Below the pieces are notes generated by a model that was given only the letters and a program-made list of their open reading frames with translations, searched no databases and was not told the DNA's origin. From the NCBI GenBank assembly GCA_964016885.1, contig CAXHJY010001517.1, positions 18,645 to 82,644 of the forward strand: 64,000 nucleotides of DNA, read 5' to 3'. Source of the stretch: Eledone cirrhosa (taxonomy: Eukaryota). A program made the translations under genes and the position numbers. This document shows, one piece after another, positions 50,942-64,000 of this stretch (within the stretch, counting starts at the first letter, position 1; each line of letters begins with the position of its first letter).

Positions 50942-53900
50942 TAATATTATGATGTTCCCTGCTGTATTAGCGTTAAATTTTCCCTGCTGTATTAGCGATA
51001 AATTTTCGAGGGTTTCTCTTAGTAGCTTTTTCATGTCGTTAATATTATGATGTTCCCTGCTGTATTAGCGTTAAATTTTCCCTGCTGTATTAGCGATAAA
51101 TTTTCGAGGGTTTCTCTTAGTAGCTTTTTTCATGACGTTATTATTGTTAATTTTACTGATGTAGTATTAACTTATTAACTTGGATATTTACCATGCGGTA
51201 TTCTAATCCTATTGTATCTCTCTCAGTTATTTACCATGCGACCCTCAGTTCCTACCCCCCCCCCTCTATGCACTTCTTTAAGGCTTACTACCCTGTCTTT
51301 AACCTAATTCATTCAATCTGAAAATATTGAAGAGATAAGACACTTTGCCATTCTTCTCTGCTAAAATGTACCACTGAGCTGATTCAAATTTTCCCAGCCA
51401 GCCATCCACCTAATCTACGAAGGTATTTTAGCCTACATATTGTCGTTAATATTATGATGTTCCCTGCTGTATTAGCGTTAAATTTTCCCTGCTGTATTAG
51501 CGATAAATTTTCGAGGGTTTCTCTTAGTAGCTTTTTCATGTCGTTAATATTATGATGTTCCCTGCTGTATTAGCGTTAAATTTTCCCTGCTGTATTAGCG
51601 ATAAATTTTCGAGGGTTTCTCTTAGTAGCTTTTTTCATGACGTTATTATTGTTAATTTTACTGATGTAGTATTAACTTATTAACTTGGATATTTACCATG
51701 CGGTATTCTAATCCTATTGTATCTCTCTCAGTTATTTACCATGCGACCCTCAGTTCCTAACCCCCCCCCCCCCCTCTATGCACTTCTTTAAGGCTTACTA
51801 CCCTGTCTTTAACCTAATTCATTCAATCTGAAAATATTGAAGAGATAAGACACTTTGCCATTCTTCTCTGCTAAAATGTACCACTGAGCTGATTCAAATT
51901 TTCCCAGCCAGCCATCCACCTAATCTACGAAGGTATTTTAGCCTACATATTGTCGTTAATATTATGATGTTCCCTGCTGTATTAGCGTTAAATTTTCCCT
52001 GCTGTATTAGCGATAAATTTTCGAGGGTTTCTCTTAGTAGCTTTTTCATGTCGTTAATATTATGATGTTCCCTGCTGTATTAGCGTTAAATTTTCCCTGC
52101 TGTATTAGCGATAAATTTTCGAGGGTTTCTCTTAGTAGCTTTTTTCATGACGTTATTATTGTTAATTTTACTGATGTAGTATTAACTTATTAACTTGGAT
52201 ATTTACCATGCGGTATTCTAATCCTATTGTATCTCTCTCAGTTATTTACCATGCGACCCTCAGTTCCTACCCCCCCCCCCCCCCCCTCTATGCACTTCTT
52301 TAAGGCTTACTACCCTGTCTTTAACCTAATTCATTCAATCTGAAAATATTGAAGAGATAAGACACTTTGCCATTCTTCTCTGCTAAAATGTACCACTGAG
52401 CTGATTCAAATTTTCCCAGCCAGCCATCCACCTAATCTACGAAGGTATTTTAGCCTACATATTGTCGTTAATATTATGATGTTCCCTGCTGTATTAGCGT
52501 TAAATTTTCCCTGCTGTATTAGCGATAAATTTTCGAGGGTTTCTCTTAGTAGCTTTTTCATGTCGTTAATATTATGATGTTCCCTGCTGTATTAGCGTTA
52601 AATTTTCCCTGCTGTATTAGCGATAAATTTTCGAGGGTTTCTCTTAGTAGCTTTTTTCATGACGTTATTATTGTTAATTTTACTGATGTAGTATTAACTT
52701 ATTAACTTGGATATTTACCATGCGGTATTCTAATCCTATTGTATCTCTCTCAGTTATTTACCATGCGACCCTCAGTTCCTACCCCCCCCCCCCCCTCTAT
52801 GCACTTCTTTAAGGCTTACTACCCTGTCTTTAACCTAATTCATTCAATCTGAAAATATTGAAGAGATAAGACACTTTGCCATTCTTCTCTGCTAAAATGT
52901 ACCACTGAGCTGATTCAAATTTTCCCAGCCAGCCATCCACCTAATCTACGAAGGTATTTTAGCCTACATATTGTCGTTAATATTATGATGTTCCCTGCTG
53001 TATTAGCGTTAAATTTTCCCTGCTGTATTAGCGATAAATTTTCGAGGGTTTCTCTTAGTAGCTTTTTCATGTCGTTAATATTATGATGTTCCCTGCTGTA
53101 TTAGCGTTAAATTTTCCCTGCTGTATTAGCGATAAATTTTCGAGGGTTTCTCTTAGTAGCTTTTTTCATGACGTTATTATTGTTAATTTTACTGATGTAG
53201 TATTAACTTATTAACTTGGATATTTACCATGCGGTATTCTAATCCTATTGTATCTCTCTCAGTTATTTACCATGCGACCCTCAGTTCCTACCCCCCCCCC
53301 CCCTCTATGCACTTCTTTAAGGCTTACTACCCTGTCTTTAACCTAATTCATTCAATCTGAAAATATTGAAGAGATAAGACACTTTGCCATTCTTCTCTGC
53401 TAAAATGTACCACTGAGCTGATTCAAATTTTCCCAGCCAGCCATCCACCTAATCTACGAAGGTATTTTAGCCTACATATTGTCGTTAATATTATGATGTT
53501 CCCTGCTGTATTAGCGTTAAATTTTCCCTGCTGTATTAGCGATAAATTTTCGAGGGTTTCTCTTAGTAGCTTTTTCATGTCGTTAATATTATGATGTTCC
53601 CTGCTGTATTAGCGTTAAATTTTCCCTGCTGTATTAGCGATAAATTTTCGAGGGTTTCTCTTAGTAGCTTTTTTCATGACGTTATTATTGTTAATTTTAC
53701 TGATGTAGTATTAACTTATTAACTTGGATATTTACCATGCGGTATTCTAATCCTATTGTATCTCTCTCAGTTATTTACCATGCGACCCTCAGTTCCTACC
53801 CCCCCCCCCCCTCTATGCACTTCTTTAAGGCTTACTACCCTGTCTTTAACCTAATTCATTCAATCTGAAAATATTGAAGAGATAAGACACTTTGCCATTC

Positions 53901-54730
53901 TTCTCTGCTAAAATGTACCACTGAGCTGATTCAAATTTTCCCAGCCAGCCATCCACCTAATCTACGAAGGTATTTTAGCCTACATATTGTCGTTAATATT
54001 ATGATGTTCCCTGCTGTATTAGCGTTAAATTTTCCCTGCTGTATTAGCGATAAATTTTCGAGGGTTTCTCTTAGTAGCTTTTTCATGTCGTTAATATTAT
54101 GATGTTCCCTGCTGTATTAGCGTTAAATTTTCCCTGCTGTATTAGCGATAAATTTTCGAGGGTTTCTCTTAGTAGCTTTTTTCATGACGTTATTATTGTT
54201 AATTTTACTGATGTAGTATTAACTTATTAACTTGGATATTTACCATGCGGTATTCTAATCCTATTGTATCTCTCTCAGTTATTTACCATGCGACCCCTCA
54301 GTTCCTACCCCCCCCCCCCCCTCTATGCACTTCTTTAAGGCTTACTACCCTGTCTTTAACCTAATTCATTCAATCTGAAAATATTGAAGAGATAAGACAC
54401 TTTGCCATTCTTCTCTGCTAAATGTACCACTGAGCTGATTCAAATTTTCCCAGCCAGCCATCCACCTAATCTACGAAGGTATTTTAGCCTACATATTGTC
54501 GTTAATATTATGATGTTCCCTGCTGTATTAGCGTTAAATTTTCCCTGCTGTATTAGCGATAAATTTTCGAGGGTTTCTCTTAGTAGCTTTTTCATGTCGT
54601 TAATATTATGATGTTCCCTGCTGTATTAGCGTTAAATTTTCCCTGCTGTATTAGCGATAAATTTTCGAGGGTTTCTCTTAGTAGCTTTTTTCATGACGTT
54701 ATTATTGTTAATTTTACTGATGTAGTATTA
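50942..54730. repeat. Tandem array of a ~510-bp composite unit (7 full copies plus a partial)
   Basis: Marker ctctatgcac recurs at about 51263, 51774, 52286, 52795, 53303, 53811, 54321. Copies differ mainly in poly-C length. Confidence 0.95.
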
Positions 54731-57700
54731 ACTTGGATATTTACCATGCGACCCTCAGTTCCTACCTCACAATAAATTTTCCCCTGCTGTATTAGCGATA
54801 AATTTTCGAGGGTTTCTCTTAGTAGCTTTTTTCATGACGTTATTATTGTTAATTTTACTGATGTAGTATTAACTTGGATATTTACCATGCGACCCTCAGT
54901 TCCTACCTCACAATAAATTTTCCCTGCTGTATTAGCGATAAATTTTCGAGGGTTTCTCTTAGTAGCTTTTTTCATGACGTTATTATTGTTAATTTTACTG
55001 ATGTAGTATTAACTTGGATATTTACCATGCGACCCTCAGTTCCTACCTCACAATAAATTTTCCCTGCTGTATTAGCGATAAATTTTCGAGGGTTTCTCTT
55101 AGTAGCTTTTTTCATGACGTTATTATTGTTAATTTTACTGATGTAGTATTAACTTGGATATTTACCGAAATGCGACCCTCAGTTCCTACCTCACAATAAA
55201 TTTTCCCTGCTGTATTAGCGATAAATTTTCGAGGGTTTCTCTTAGTAGCTTTTTTCATGACGTTATTATTGTTAATTTTACTGATGTAGTATTAACTTGG
55301 ATATTTACCATGCGACCCCTCAGTTCCTACCTCACAATAAATTTTCCCTGCTGTATTAGCGATAAAATTTTCGAGGGTTTCTCTTAGTAGCTTTTTTCAT
55401 GACGTTATTATTGTTAATTTTACTGATGTAGTATTAACTTGGATATTTACCATGCGACCCTCAGTTCCTACCTCACAATAAATTTTCCCTGCTGTATTAG
55501 CGATAAATTTTCGAGGGTTTCTCTTAGTAGCTTTTTTCATGACGTTATTATTGTTAATTTTACTGATGTAGTATTAACTTGGATATTTACCATGCGACCC
55601 TCAGTTCCTACCTCACAATAAATTTTCCCTGCTGTATTAGCGATAAATTTTCGAGGGTTTCTCTTAGTAGCTTTTTTCATGACGTTATTATTGTTAATTT
55701 TACTGATGTAGTATTAACTTGGATATTTACCATGCGAACCCTCAGTTCCTACCTCACAATAAATTTTCCCTGCTGTATTAGCGATAAATTTTCGAGGGTT
55801 TCTCTTAGTAGCTTTTTTCATGACGTTATTATTGTTAATTTTACTGATGTAGTATTAACTTGGATATTTACCATGCGACCCTCAGTTCCTACCTCACAAT
55901 AAATTTTCCCTGCTGTATTAGCGATAAATTTTCGAGGGTTTCTCTTAGTAGCTTTTTTCATGACGTTATTATTGTTAATTTTACTGATGTAGTATTAACT
56001 TGGATATTTACCATGCGACCCTCAGTTCCTACCTCACAATAAATTTTCCCTGCTGTATTAGCGATAAATTTTCGAGGGTTTCTCTTAGTAGCTTTTTTCA
56101 TGACGTTATTATTGTTAATTTTACTGATGTAGTATTAACTTGGATATTTACCATGCGACCCTCAGTTCCTACCTCACAATAAATTTTCCCTGCTGTATTA
56201 GCGATAAATTTTCGAGGGTTTCTCTTAGTAGCTTTTTTCATGACGTTATTATTGTTATTTTACTGATGTAGTATTAACTTGGATATTTACCATGCGACCC
56301 TCAGTTCCTACCTCACAATAAATTTTCCCTGCTGTATTAGCGATAAATTTTCGAGGGTTTCTCTTAGTAGCTTTTTTCATGACGTTATTATTGTTAATTT
56401 TACTGATGTAGTATTAACTTGGATATTTACCATGCGACCCTCAGTTCCTACCTCACAATAAATTTTCCCTGCTGTATTAGCGATAAATTTTCGAGGGTTT
56501 CTCTTAGTAGCTTTTTTCATGACGTTATTATTGTTAATTTTTACTGATGTAGTATTAACTTGGATATTTACCATGCGACCCTCAGTTCCTACCTCACAGA
56601 TAAATTTTCCCTGCTGTATTAGCGATAAATTTTCGAGGGTTTCTCTTAGTAGCTTTTTTCATGACGTTATTATTGTTAATTTTACTGATGTAGTATTAAC
56701 TTGGATATTTACCATGCGACCCCTCAGTTCCTACCTCACAATAAATTTTCCCTGCTGTATTAGCGATAAATTTTCGAGGGTTTTCTCTTAGTAGCTTTTT
56801 TCATGACGTTATTATTGTTAATTTTACTGATGTAGTATTAACTTGGATATTTACCATGCGACCCTCAGTTCCTACCTCACAATAAATTTTCCCTGCTGTA
56901 TTAGCGATAAATTTTCGAGGGTTTCTCTTAGTAGCTTTTTTCATGACGTTATTATTGTTAATTTTACTGATGTAGTATTAACTTGGATATTTACCATGCG
57001 ACCCTCAGTTCCTACCTCACAATAAATTTTCCCTGCTGTATTAGCGATAAATTTTCGAGGGTTTCTCTTAGTAGCTTTTTTCATGACGTTATTATTGTTA
57101 ATTTTACTGATGTAGTATTAACTTGGATATTTACCATGCGACCCTCAGTTCCTACCTCACAATAAATTTTCCCTGCTGTATTAGCGATAAATTTTCGAGG
57201 GTTTCTCTTAGTAGCTTTTTTCATGACGTTATTATTGTTAATTTTACTGATGTAGTATTAACTTGGATATTTACCATGCGACCCTCAGTTCCTACCTCAC
57301 AATAAAATTTTCCCTGCTGTATTAGCGATAATTTTCGAGGGTTTCTCTTAGTAGCTTTTTTCATGACGTTATTATTGTTAATTTTACTGATGTAGTATTA
57401 ACTTGGATATTTACCATGCGACCCTCAGTTCCTACCTCACAATAAATTTTCCCTGCTGTATTAGCGATAAATTTTCGAGGGTTTCTCTTAGTAGCTTTTT
57501 TCATGACGTTATTATTGTTAATTTTACTGATGTAGTATTAACTTGGATATTTACCATGCGAACCCTCAGTTCCTACCTCACAATAAATTTTCCCTGCTGT
57601 ATTAGCGATAAATTTTCGAGGGTTTCTCTTAGTAGCTTTTTTTCATGACGTTATTATTGTTAATTTACTGATGTAGTATTAACTTGGATATTTACCATGC

Positions 57701-60700
57701 GACCCTCAGTTCCTACCTCACAATAAATTTTCCCTGCTGTATTAGCGATAAATTTTCGAGGGTTTCTCTTAGTAGCTTTTTTCATGACGTTATTATTGTT
57801 AATTTTACTGATGTAGTATTAACTTGGATATTTACCATGCGACCCTCAGTTCCTACCTCACAATAAATTTTCCCTGCTGTATTAGCGATAAATTTTCGAG
57901 GGTTTCTCTTAGTAGCTTTTTTCATGACGTTATTATTGTTAATTTTACTGATGTAGTATTAACTTGGATATTTTACCATGCGACCCTCAGTTCCTACCTC
58001 ACAATAAATTTTCCCTGCTGTATTAGCGATAAATTTTCGAGGGTTTCTCTTAGTAGCTTTTTTCATGACGTTATTATTGTTAATTTTACTGATGTAGTAT
58101 TAACTTGGATATTTACCATGCGACCCTCAGTTCCTACCTCACAATAAATTTTCCCTGCTGTATTAGCGATAAATTTTCGAGGGGTTTCTCTTAGTAGCTT
58201 TTTTCATGACGTTATTATTGTTAATTTTACTGATGTAGTATTAACTTGGATATTTACCATGCGACCCTCAGTTCCTACCTCACAATAAATTTTCCCTGCT
58301 GTATTAGCGATAAATTTTCGAGGGTTTCTCTTAGTAGCTTTTTTCATGACGTTATTATTGTTAATTTTACTGATGTAGTATTAACTTGGATATTTACCAT
58401 GCGACCCTCAGTTCCTACCTCACAATAAATTTTCCCTGCTGTATTAGCGATAAATTTTCGAGGGTTTCTCTTAGTAGCTTTTTTCATGACGTTATTATTG
58501 TTAATTTTACTGATGTAGTATTAACTTGGATATTTACCATGCGACCCTCAGTTCCTACCTCACAATAAATTTTCCCTGCTGTATTAGCGATAATTTTCGA
58601 GGGTTTCTCTTAGTAGCTTTTTTCATGACGTTATTATTGTTAATTTTACTGATTGTAGTATTAACTTGGATATTTACCATGCGACCCTCAGTTCCTACCT
58701 CACAATAAATTTTTCCCTGCTGTATTAGCGATAAATTTTCGAGGGTTTCTCTTAGTAGCTTTTTTCATGACGTTATTATTGTTAATTTTACTGATGTAGT
58801 ATTAACTTGGATATTTACCATGCGGACCCTCAGTTCCTACCTCACAATAAATTTTCCCTGCTGTATTAGCGATAAATTTTCGAGGGTTTCTCTTAGTAGC
58901 TTTTTTCATGACGTTATTATTGTTAATTTTACTGATGTAGTATTAACTTGGATATTTACCATGCGACCCTCAGTTCCTACCTCACAATAAATTTTCCTGC
59001 TGTATTAGCGATAAATTTTCGAGGGTTTCTCTTAGTAGCTTTTTTCATGACGTTATTATTGTTAATTTTACTGATGTAGTATTAACTTGGATATTTACCA
59101 TGCGACCCTCAGTTCCTACCTCACAATAAATTTTCCCTGCTGTATTAGCGATAAATTTTCGAGGGTTTCTCTTAGTAGCTTTTTTCATGACGTTATTATT
59201 GTTAATTTTACTGATGTAGTATTAACTTGGATATTTACCATGCGACCCTCAGTTCCTACCTCACAATAAATTTTCCCCTGCTGTATTAGCGATAAATTTT
59301 CGAGGGTTTCTCTTAGTAGCTTTTTTCATGACGTTATTATTGTTAATTTTACTGATGTAGTATTAACTTGGATATTTACCATGCGACCCTCAGTTCCTAC
59401 CTCACAATAAATTTTCCCTGCTGTATTAGCGATAAATTTTCGAGGGTTTCTCTTAGTAGCTTTTTTCATGACGTTATTATTGTTAATTTTACTGATGTAG
59501 TATTAACTTGGATATTTACCATGCGGAACCCTCAGTTCCTACCTCACAATAAATTTTCCCTGCTGTATTAGCGATAAATTTTCGAGGGTTTCTCTTAGTA
59601 GCTTTTTTCATGACGTTATTATTGTTAATTTTACTGATGTAGTATTAACTTGGATATTTACCATGCGACCCTCAGTTCCTACCTCACAATAAAATTTTCC
59701 CTGCTGTATTAGCGATAAATTTTCGAGGGTTTCTCTTAGTAGCTTTTTTCATGACGTTATTATTGTTAATTTTACTGATGTAGTATTAACTTGGATATTT
59801 ACCATGCGACCCTCAGTTCCTACCTCACAATAAATTTTCCCTGCTGTATTAGCGATAAATTTTCGAGGGTTTCTCTTAGTAGCTTTTTTCATGACGTTAT
59901 TATTGTTAATTTTACTGATGTAGTATTAACTTGGATATTTACCATGCGACCCTCAGTTCCTACCTCACAATAAATTTTCCCTGCTGTATTAGCGATAAAT
60001 TTTCGAGGGTTTCTCTTAGTAGCTTTTTTCATGACGTTATTATTGTTAATTTACTGATGTAGTATTAACTTGGATATTTACCATGCGACCCTCAGTTCCT
60101 ACCTCACAATAAATTTTCCCTGCTGTATTAGCGATAAATTTTCGAGGGTTTCTCTTAGTAGCTTTTTTCATGACGTTATTATTGTTAATTTTACTGATGT
60201 AGTATTAACTTGGATATTTACCATGCGACCCTCAGTTCCTACCTCACAATAAATTTTCCCTGCTGTATTAGCGATAAATTTTCGAGGGTTTCTCTTAGTA
60301 GCTTTTTTCATGACGTTATTATTGTTAATTTTACTGATGTAGTATTAACTTGGATATTTACCATGCGACCCTCAGTTCCTACCTCACAATAAATTTTCCC
60401 TGCTGTATTAGCGATAAATTTTCGAGGGTTTCTCTTAGTAGCTTTTTTCATGACGTTATTATTGTTAATTTTACTGATGTAGTATTAACTTGGATATTTA
60501 CCATGCGACCCTCAGTTCCTACCTCACAATAAATTTTCCCTGCTGTATTAGCGATAAATTTTCGAGGGTTTCTCTTAGTAGCTTTTTTCATGACGTTATT
60601 ATTGTTAATTTTACTGATGTAGTATTAACTTGGATATTTACCATGCGACCCTCAGTTCCTACCTCACAATAAATTTTCCCTGCTGTATTAGCGATAAATT

Positions 60701-63614
60701 TTCGAGGGTTTCTCTTAGTAGCTTTTTTCATGACGTTATTATTGTTAATTTTACTGATGTAGTATTAACTTGGATATTTACCATGCGACCCTCAGTTCCT
60801 ACCTCACAATAATTTTCCCTGCTGTATTAGCGATAAATTTTCGAGGGTTTCTCTTAGTAGCTTTTTTCATGACGTTATTATTGTTAATTTTACTGATGTA
60901 GTATTAACTTGGATATTTACCATGCGACCCTCAGTTCCTACCTCACAATAAATTTTCCCTGCTGTATTAGCGATAAATTTTCGAGGGTTTCTCTTAGTAG
61001 CTTTTTTCATGACGTTATTATTGTTAATTTTACTGATGTAGTATTAACTTGGATATTTACCATGCGACCCTCAGTTCCTACCTCACAATAAATTTCCCTG
61101 CTGTATTAGCGATAAATTTTCGAGGGTTTCTCTTAGTAGCTTTTTTCATGACGTTATTATTGTTAATTTTACTGATGTAGTATTAACTTGGATATTTACC
61201 ATGCGACCCTCAGTTCCTACCTCACAATAAATTTTCCCTGCTGTATTAGCGATAAATTTTCGAGGGTTTCTCTTAGTAGCTTTTTTCATGACGTTATTAT
61301 TGTTAATTTTACTGATGTAGTATTAACTTGGATATTTACCATGCGACCCTCAGTTCCTACCTCACAATAAATTTTCCCTGCTGTATTAGCGATAAATTTT
61401 CGAGGGTTTCTCTTAGTAGCTTTTTTCATGACGTTATTATTGTTAATTTTACTGATGTAGTATTAACTTGGATATTTACCATGCGACCCTCAGTTCCTAC
61501 CTCACAATAAATTTTCCCTGCTGTATTAGCGATAAATTTTCGAGGGTTTCTCTTAGTAGCTTTTTTCATGACGTTATTATTGTTAATTTTACTGATGTAG
61601 TATTAACTTGGATATTTACCATGCGACCCTCAGTTCCTACCTCACAATAAATTTTCCCTGCTGTATTAGCGATAAATTTTCGAGGGTTTCTCTTAGTAGC
61701 TTTTTTCAATGACGTTATTATTGTTAATTTTACTGATGTAGTATTAACTTGGATATTACCATGCGACCCTCAGTTCCTACCTCACAATAAATTTTCCCTG
61801 CTGTATTAGCGATAAATTTTCGAGGGGTTTCTCTTAGTAGCTTTTTTCATGACGTTATTATTGTTAATTTTACTGATGTAGTATTAACTTGGATATTTAC
61901 CATGCGACCCTCAGTTCCTACCTCACAATAAATTTTCCCTGCTGTATTAGCGATAAATTTTCGAGGGTTTCTCTTAGTAGCTTTTTTCATGACGTTATTA
62001 TTGTTAATTTTACTGATGTAGTATTAACTTGGATATTTACCATGCGACCCTCAGTTCCTACCTCACAATAAATTTTCCCTGCTGTATTAGCGATAAATTT
62101 TCGAGGGTTTCTCTTAGTAGCTTTTTTCATGACGTTATTATTGTTAATTTTACTGATGTAGTATTAACTTGGATATTTACCATGCGACCCTCAGTTCCTA
62201 CCTCACAATAAATTTTCCCTGCTGTATTAGCGATAAATTTTCGAGGGTTTCTCTTAGTAGCTTTTTTCATGACGTTATTATTGTTAATTTTACTGATGTA
62301 GTATTAACTTGGATATTTACCATGCGACCCTCAGTTCCTACCTCACAATAAATTTTCCCTGCTGTATTAGCGATAAATTTTCGAGGGTTTCTCTTAGTAG
62401 CTTTTTTCATGACGTTATTATTGTTAATTTTACTGATGTAGTATTAACTTGATATTTACCATGCGACCCTCAGTTCCTACCTCACAATAAATTTTCCCTG
62501 CTGTATTAGCGATAAATTTTCGAGGGGTTTCTCTTAGTAGCTTTTTTCATGACGTTATTATTGTTATATTTACTGATGTAGTATTAACTTGGATATTTAC
62601 CATGCGACCCTCAAGTTTCCTACCTCACAATAAATTTTCCCTGCTGTATTAGCGATAATTTTCGAGGGTTTCTCTTAGTAGCTTTTTTCATGACGTTATT
62701 ATTGTTAATTTTACTGATGTAGTATTAACTTGGATATTTACCATGCGACCCTCAGTTCCTACCTCACAATAAATTTTCCCTGCTGTATTAGCGATAAATT
62801 TTCGAGGGTTTCTCTAGTAGCTTTTTTCATGACGTTATTATTGTTAATTTTACTGATGTAGTATTAACTTGGATATTTACCATGCGACCCTCAGTTCCTA
62901 CCTCACAATAAATTTTCCCTGCTGTATTAGCGATAAATTTTCGAGGTTTCTCCTTGAGTAGCTTTTTTCATGACGTTATTATTGTTAATTTTACTGATGT
63001 AGTATTAACTTGGATATTTACCATGCGACCCTCAGTCCTACCTCACAATAAATTTCCTGCTGTATTAGCGATAAATTGTTCGAGGGTTTCTCTTAGTAGC
63101 TTTTTTCAATGACGTTTATTATTGTTAATTTTACTGATGTAGTATTAACTTGGATATTTACCATGCGACCCTCAGTTCCTACCTCACAATAAATTTTCCC
63201 TGCTGTATTAGCGATAAATTTTCGAGGGTTTCTCTTAGTAGCTGTTTTCATGACGTTATTATTGTTAATTTTACTGATGTAGTATTAACTTGGATATTTA
63301 CCATGCACCCTCAGTTCCTACCTCCACAATAAATTTTCCCTGCTGGTATTAGCGATAAATTTTCGAGGGTTTCTCTTAGTAGCTTTTTTCATGACGTTAT
63401 TATTGTTAATTTTACTGATGTAGTATTAACTTGGATATTTACCATGCGACCCTCAGTTCCTACCTCACAATAAATTTTCCCTGCTGTATTAGCGATAAAT
63501 TTTCGAGGGTTTCTCTTAGTAGCTTTTTTCATGGACTGTTATTATTGTTAATTTTACTGATGTAGTATTAACTTGGATATTTACCATGCGGACCCCTCAG
63601 TTCCTACCTCACAA
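54640..63614. repeat. 140-bp satellite, ~64 near-identical copies
   Basis: Monomer aataaattttccctgctgtattagcgataaattttcgagggtttctcttagtagcttttttcatgacgttattattgttaattttactgatgtagtattaacttggatatttaccatgcgaccctcagttcctacctcac. The repeated ORF starts are 140 bp apart. Confidence 0.98.
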
Positions 63615-64000
63615 TTTCCCTCCCCCCCACCCCCACACACCACCATAGTCTATTCGACCAATCAAACCTAGCATGCCATTTCACTGCTGCTGCTGCTACT
63701 ACCTGCCTAACTAACTCTCTCCTCCTCTGGCGCATCCCCAACACACCCATGGCCATTACCCCACCACCACTGTCCTTCTAGCCTCAATTTTCCCACCGTT
63801 AGGGATGGATGAGCTGGGAATACACGAGCAACTCTGAAATCAATAGATGAAATATGAATCTGCGAGCTACAAGCACCACCGTGAAGCGCCAACCCAGAGA
63901 CCCTCCCCTACGAGTGTCGACAAATGCCCAAAACCTCCGAGTTGGTACATCAATGTAGGCTCAATGAAAGGAAGAGCAGGAGAAATCGTAGAAATGCTAG
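63615..64000 (+). mobile_element. 5' region of an RTE LINE, start of the APE endonuclease; continues off the right edge
   Basis: 63934-64000 reads LRVGT-(1-nt frameshift)-INVGSMKGRAGEIVEML, the R-x-G-T-x-N-V first motif of RTE endonucleases. Confidence 0.8.

Noticed and set aside
54874-63332. Dozens of identical 60-aa ORFs (MDIYHATLSS...)
   Set aside because: They are by-products of the 140-bp period: TTG starts, a unit length not divisible by 3, mutual overlap and no known motif.
50942-63614. CRISPR-like array
   Set aside because: There are no variable spacers, the units are wholly identical, no cas genes are present and the context is eukaryotic.

Overview
AT-rich, repeat-dense eukaryotic genomic DNA. 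The repeat families (MetaSINE- and CORE-like tRNA SINEs, RTE LINEs, TTAA-MITEs, Helitrons) point to a coleoid cephalopod such as Octopus; this is an inference. The only host gene I can support is on the minus strand: three short GT-AG exons (13782-13861, 4111-4211, 1303-1410) splice in frame to an INPP5B/OCRL-type N-terminal PH domain. The gene continues past the left edge and its first coding exon was not located. The introns contain RTE LINE copies whose reverse transcriptase carries an in-frame C4HC3 PHD finger, other RTE/L2/CRE fragments, young SINEs with TSDs, piggyBac-like MITEs, nested non-autonomous Helitrons and a ~98-bp-arm palindrome. The last 13 kb is a very homogeneous tandem array: ~7 copies of a ~510-bp composite unit, then ~64 copies of a 140-bp monomer. 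It lies exactly between a minus-strand RTE 3' half and a plus-strand RTE 5' start, which resembles the junction of a 5'-inverted (twin-primed) LINE insertion. Almost all short ORFs in the supplied track are spurious.
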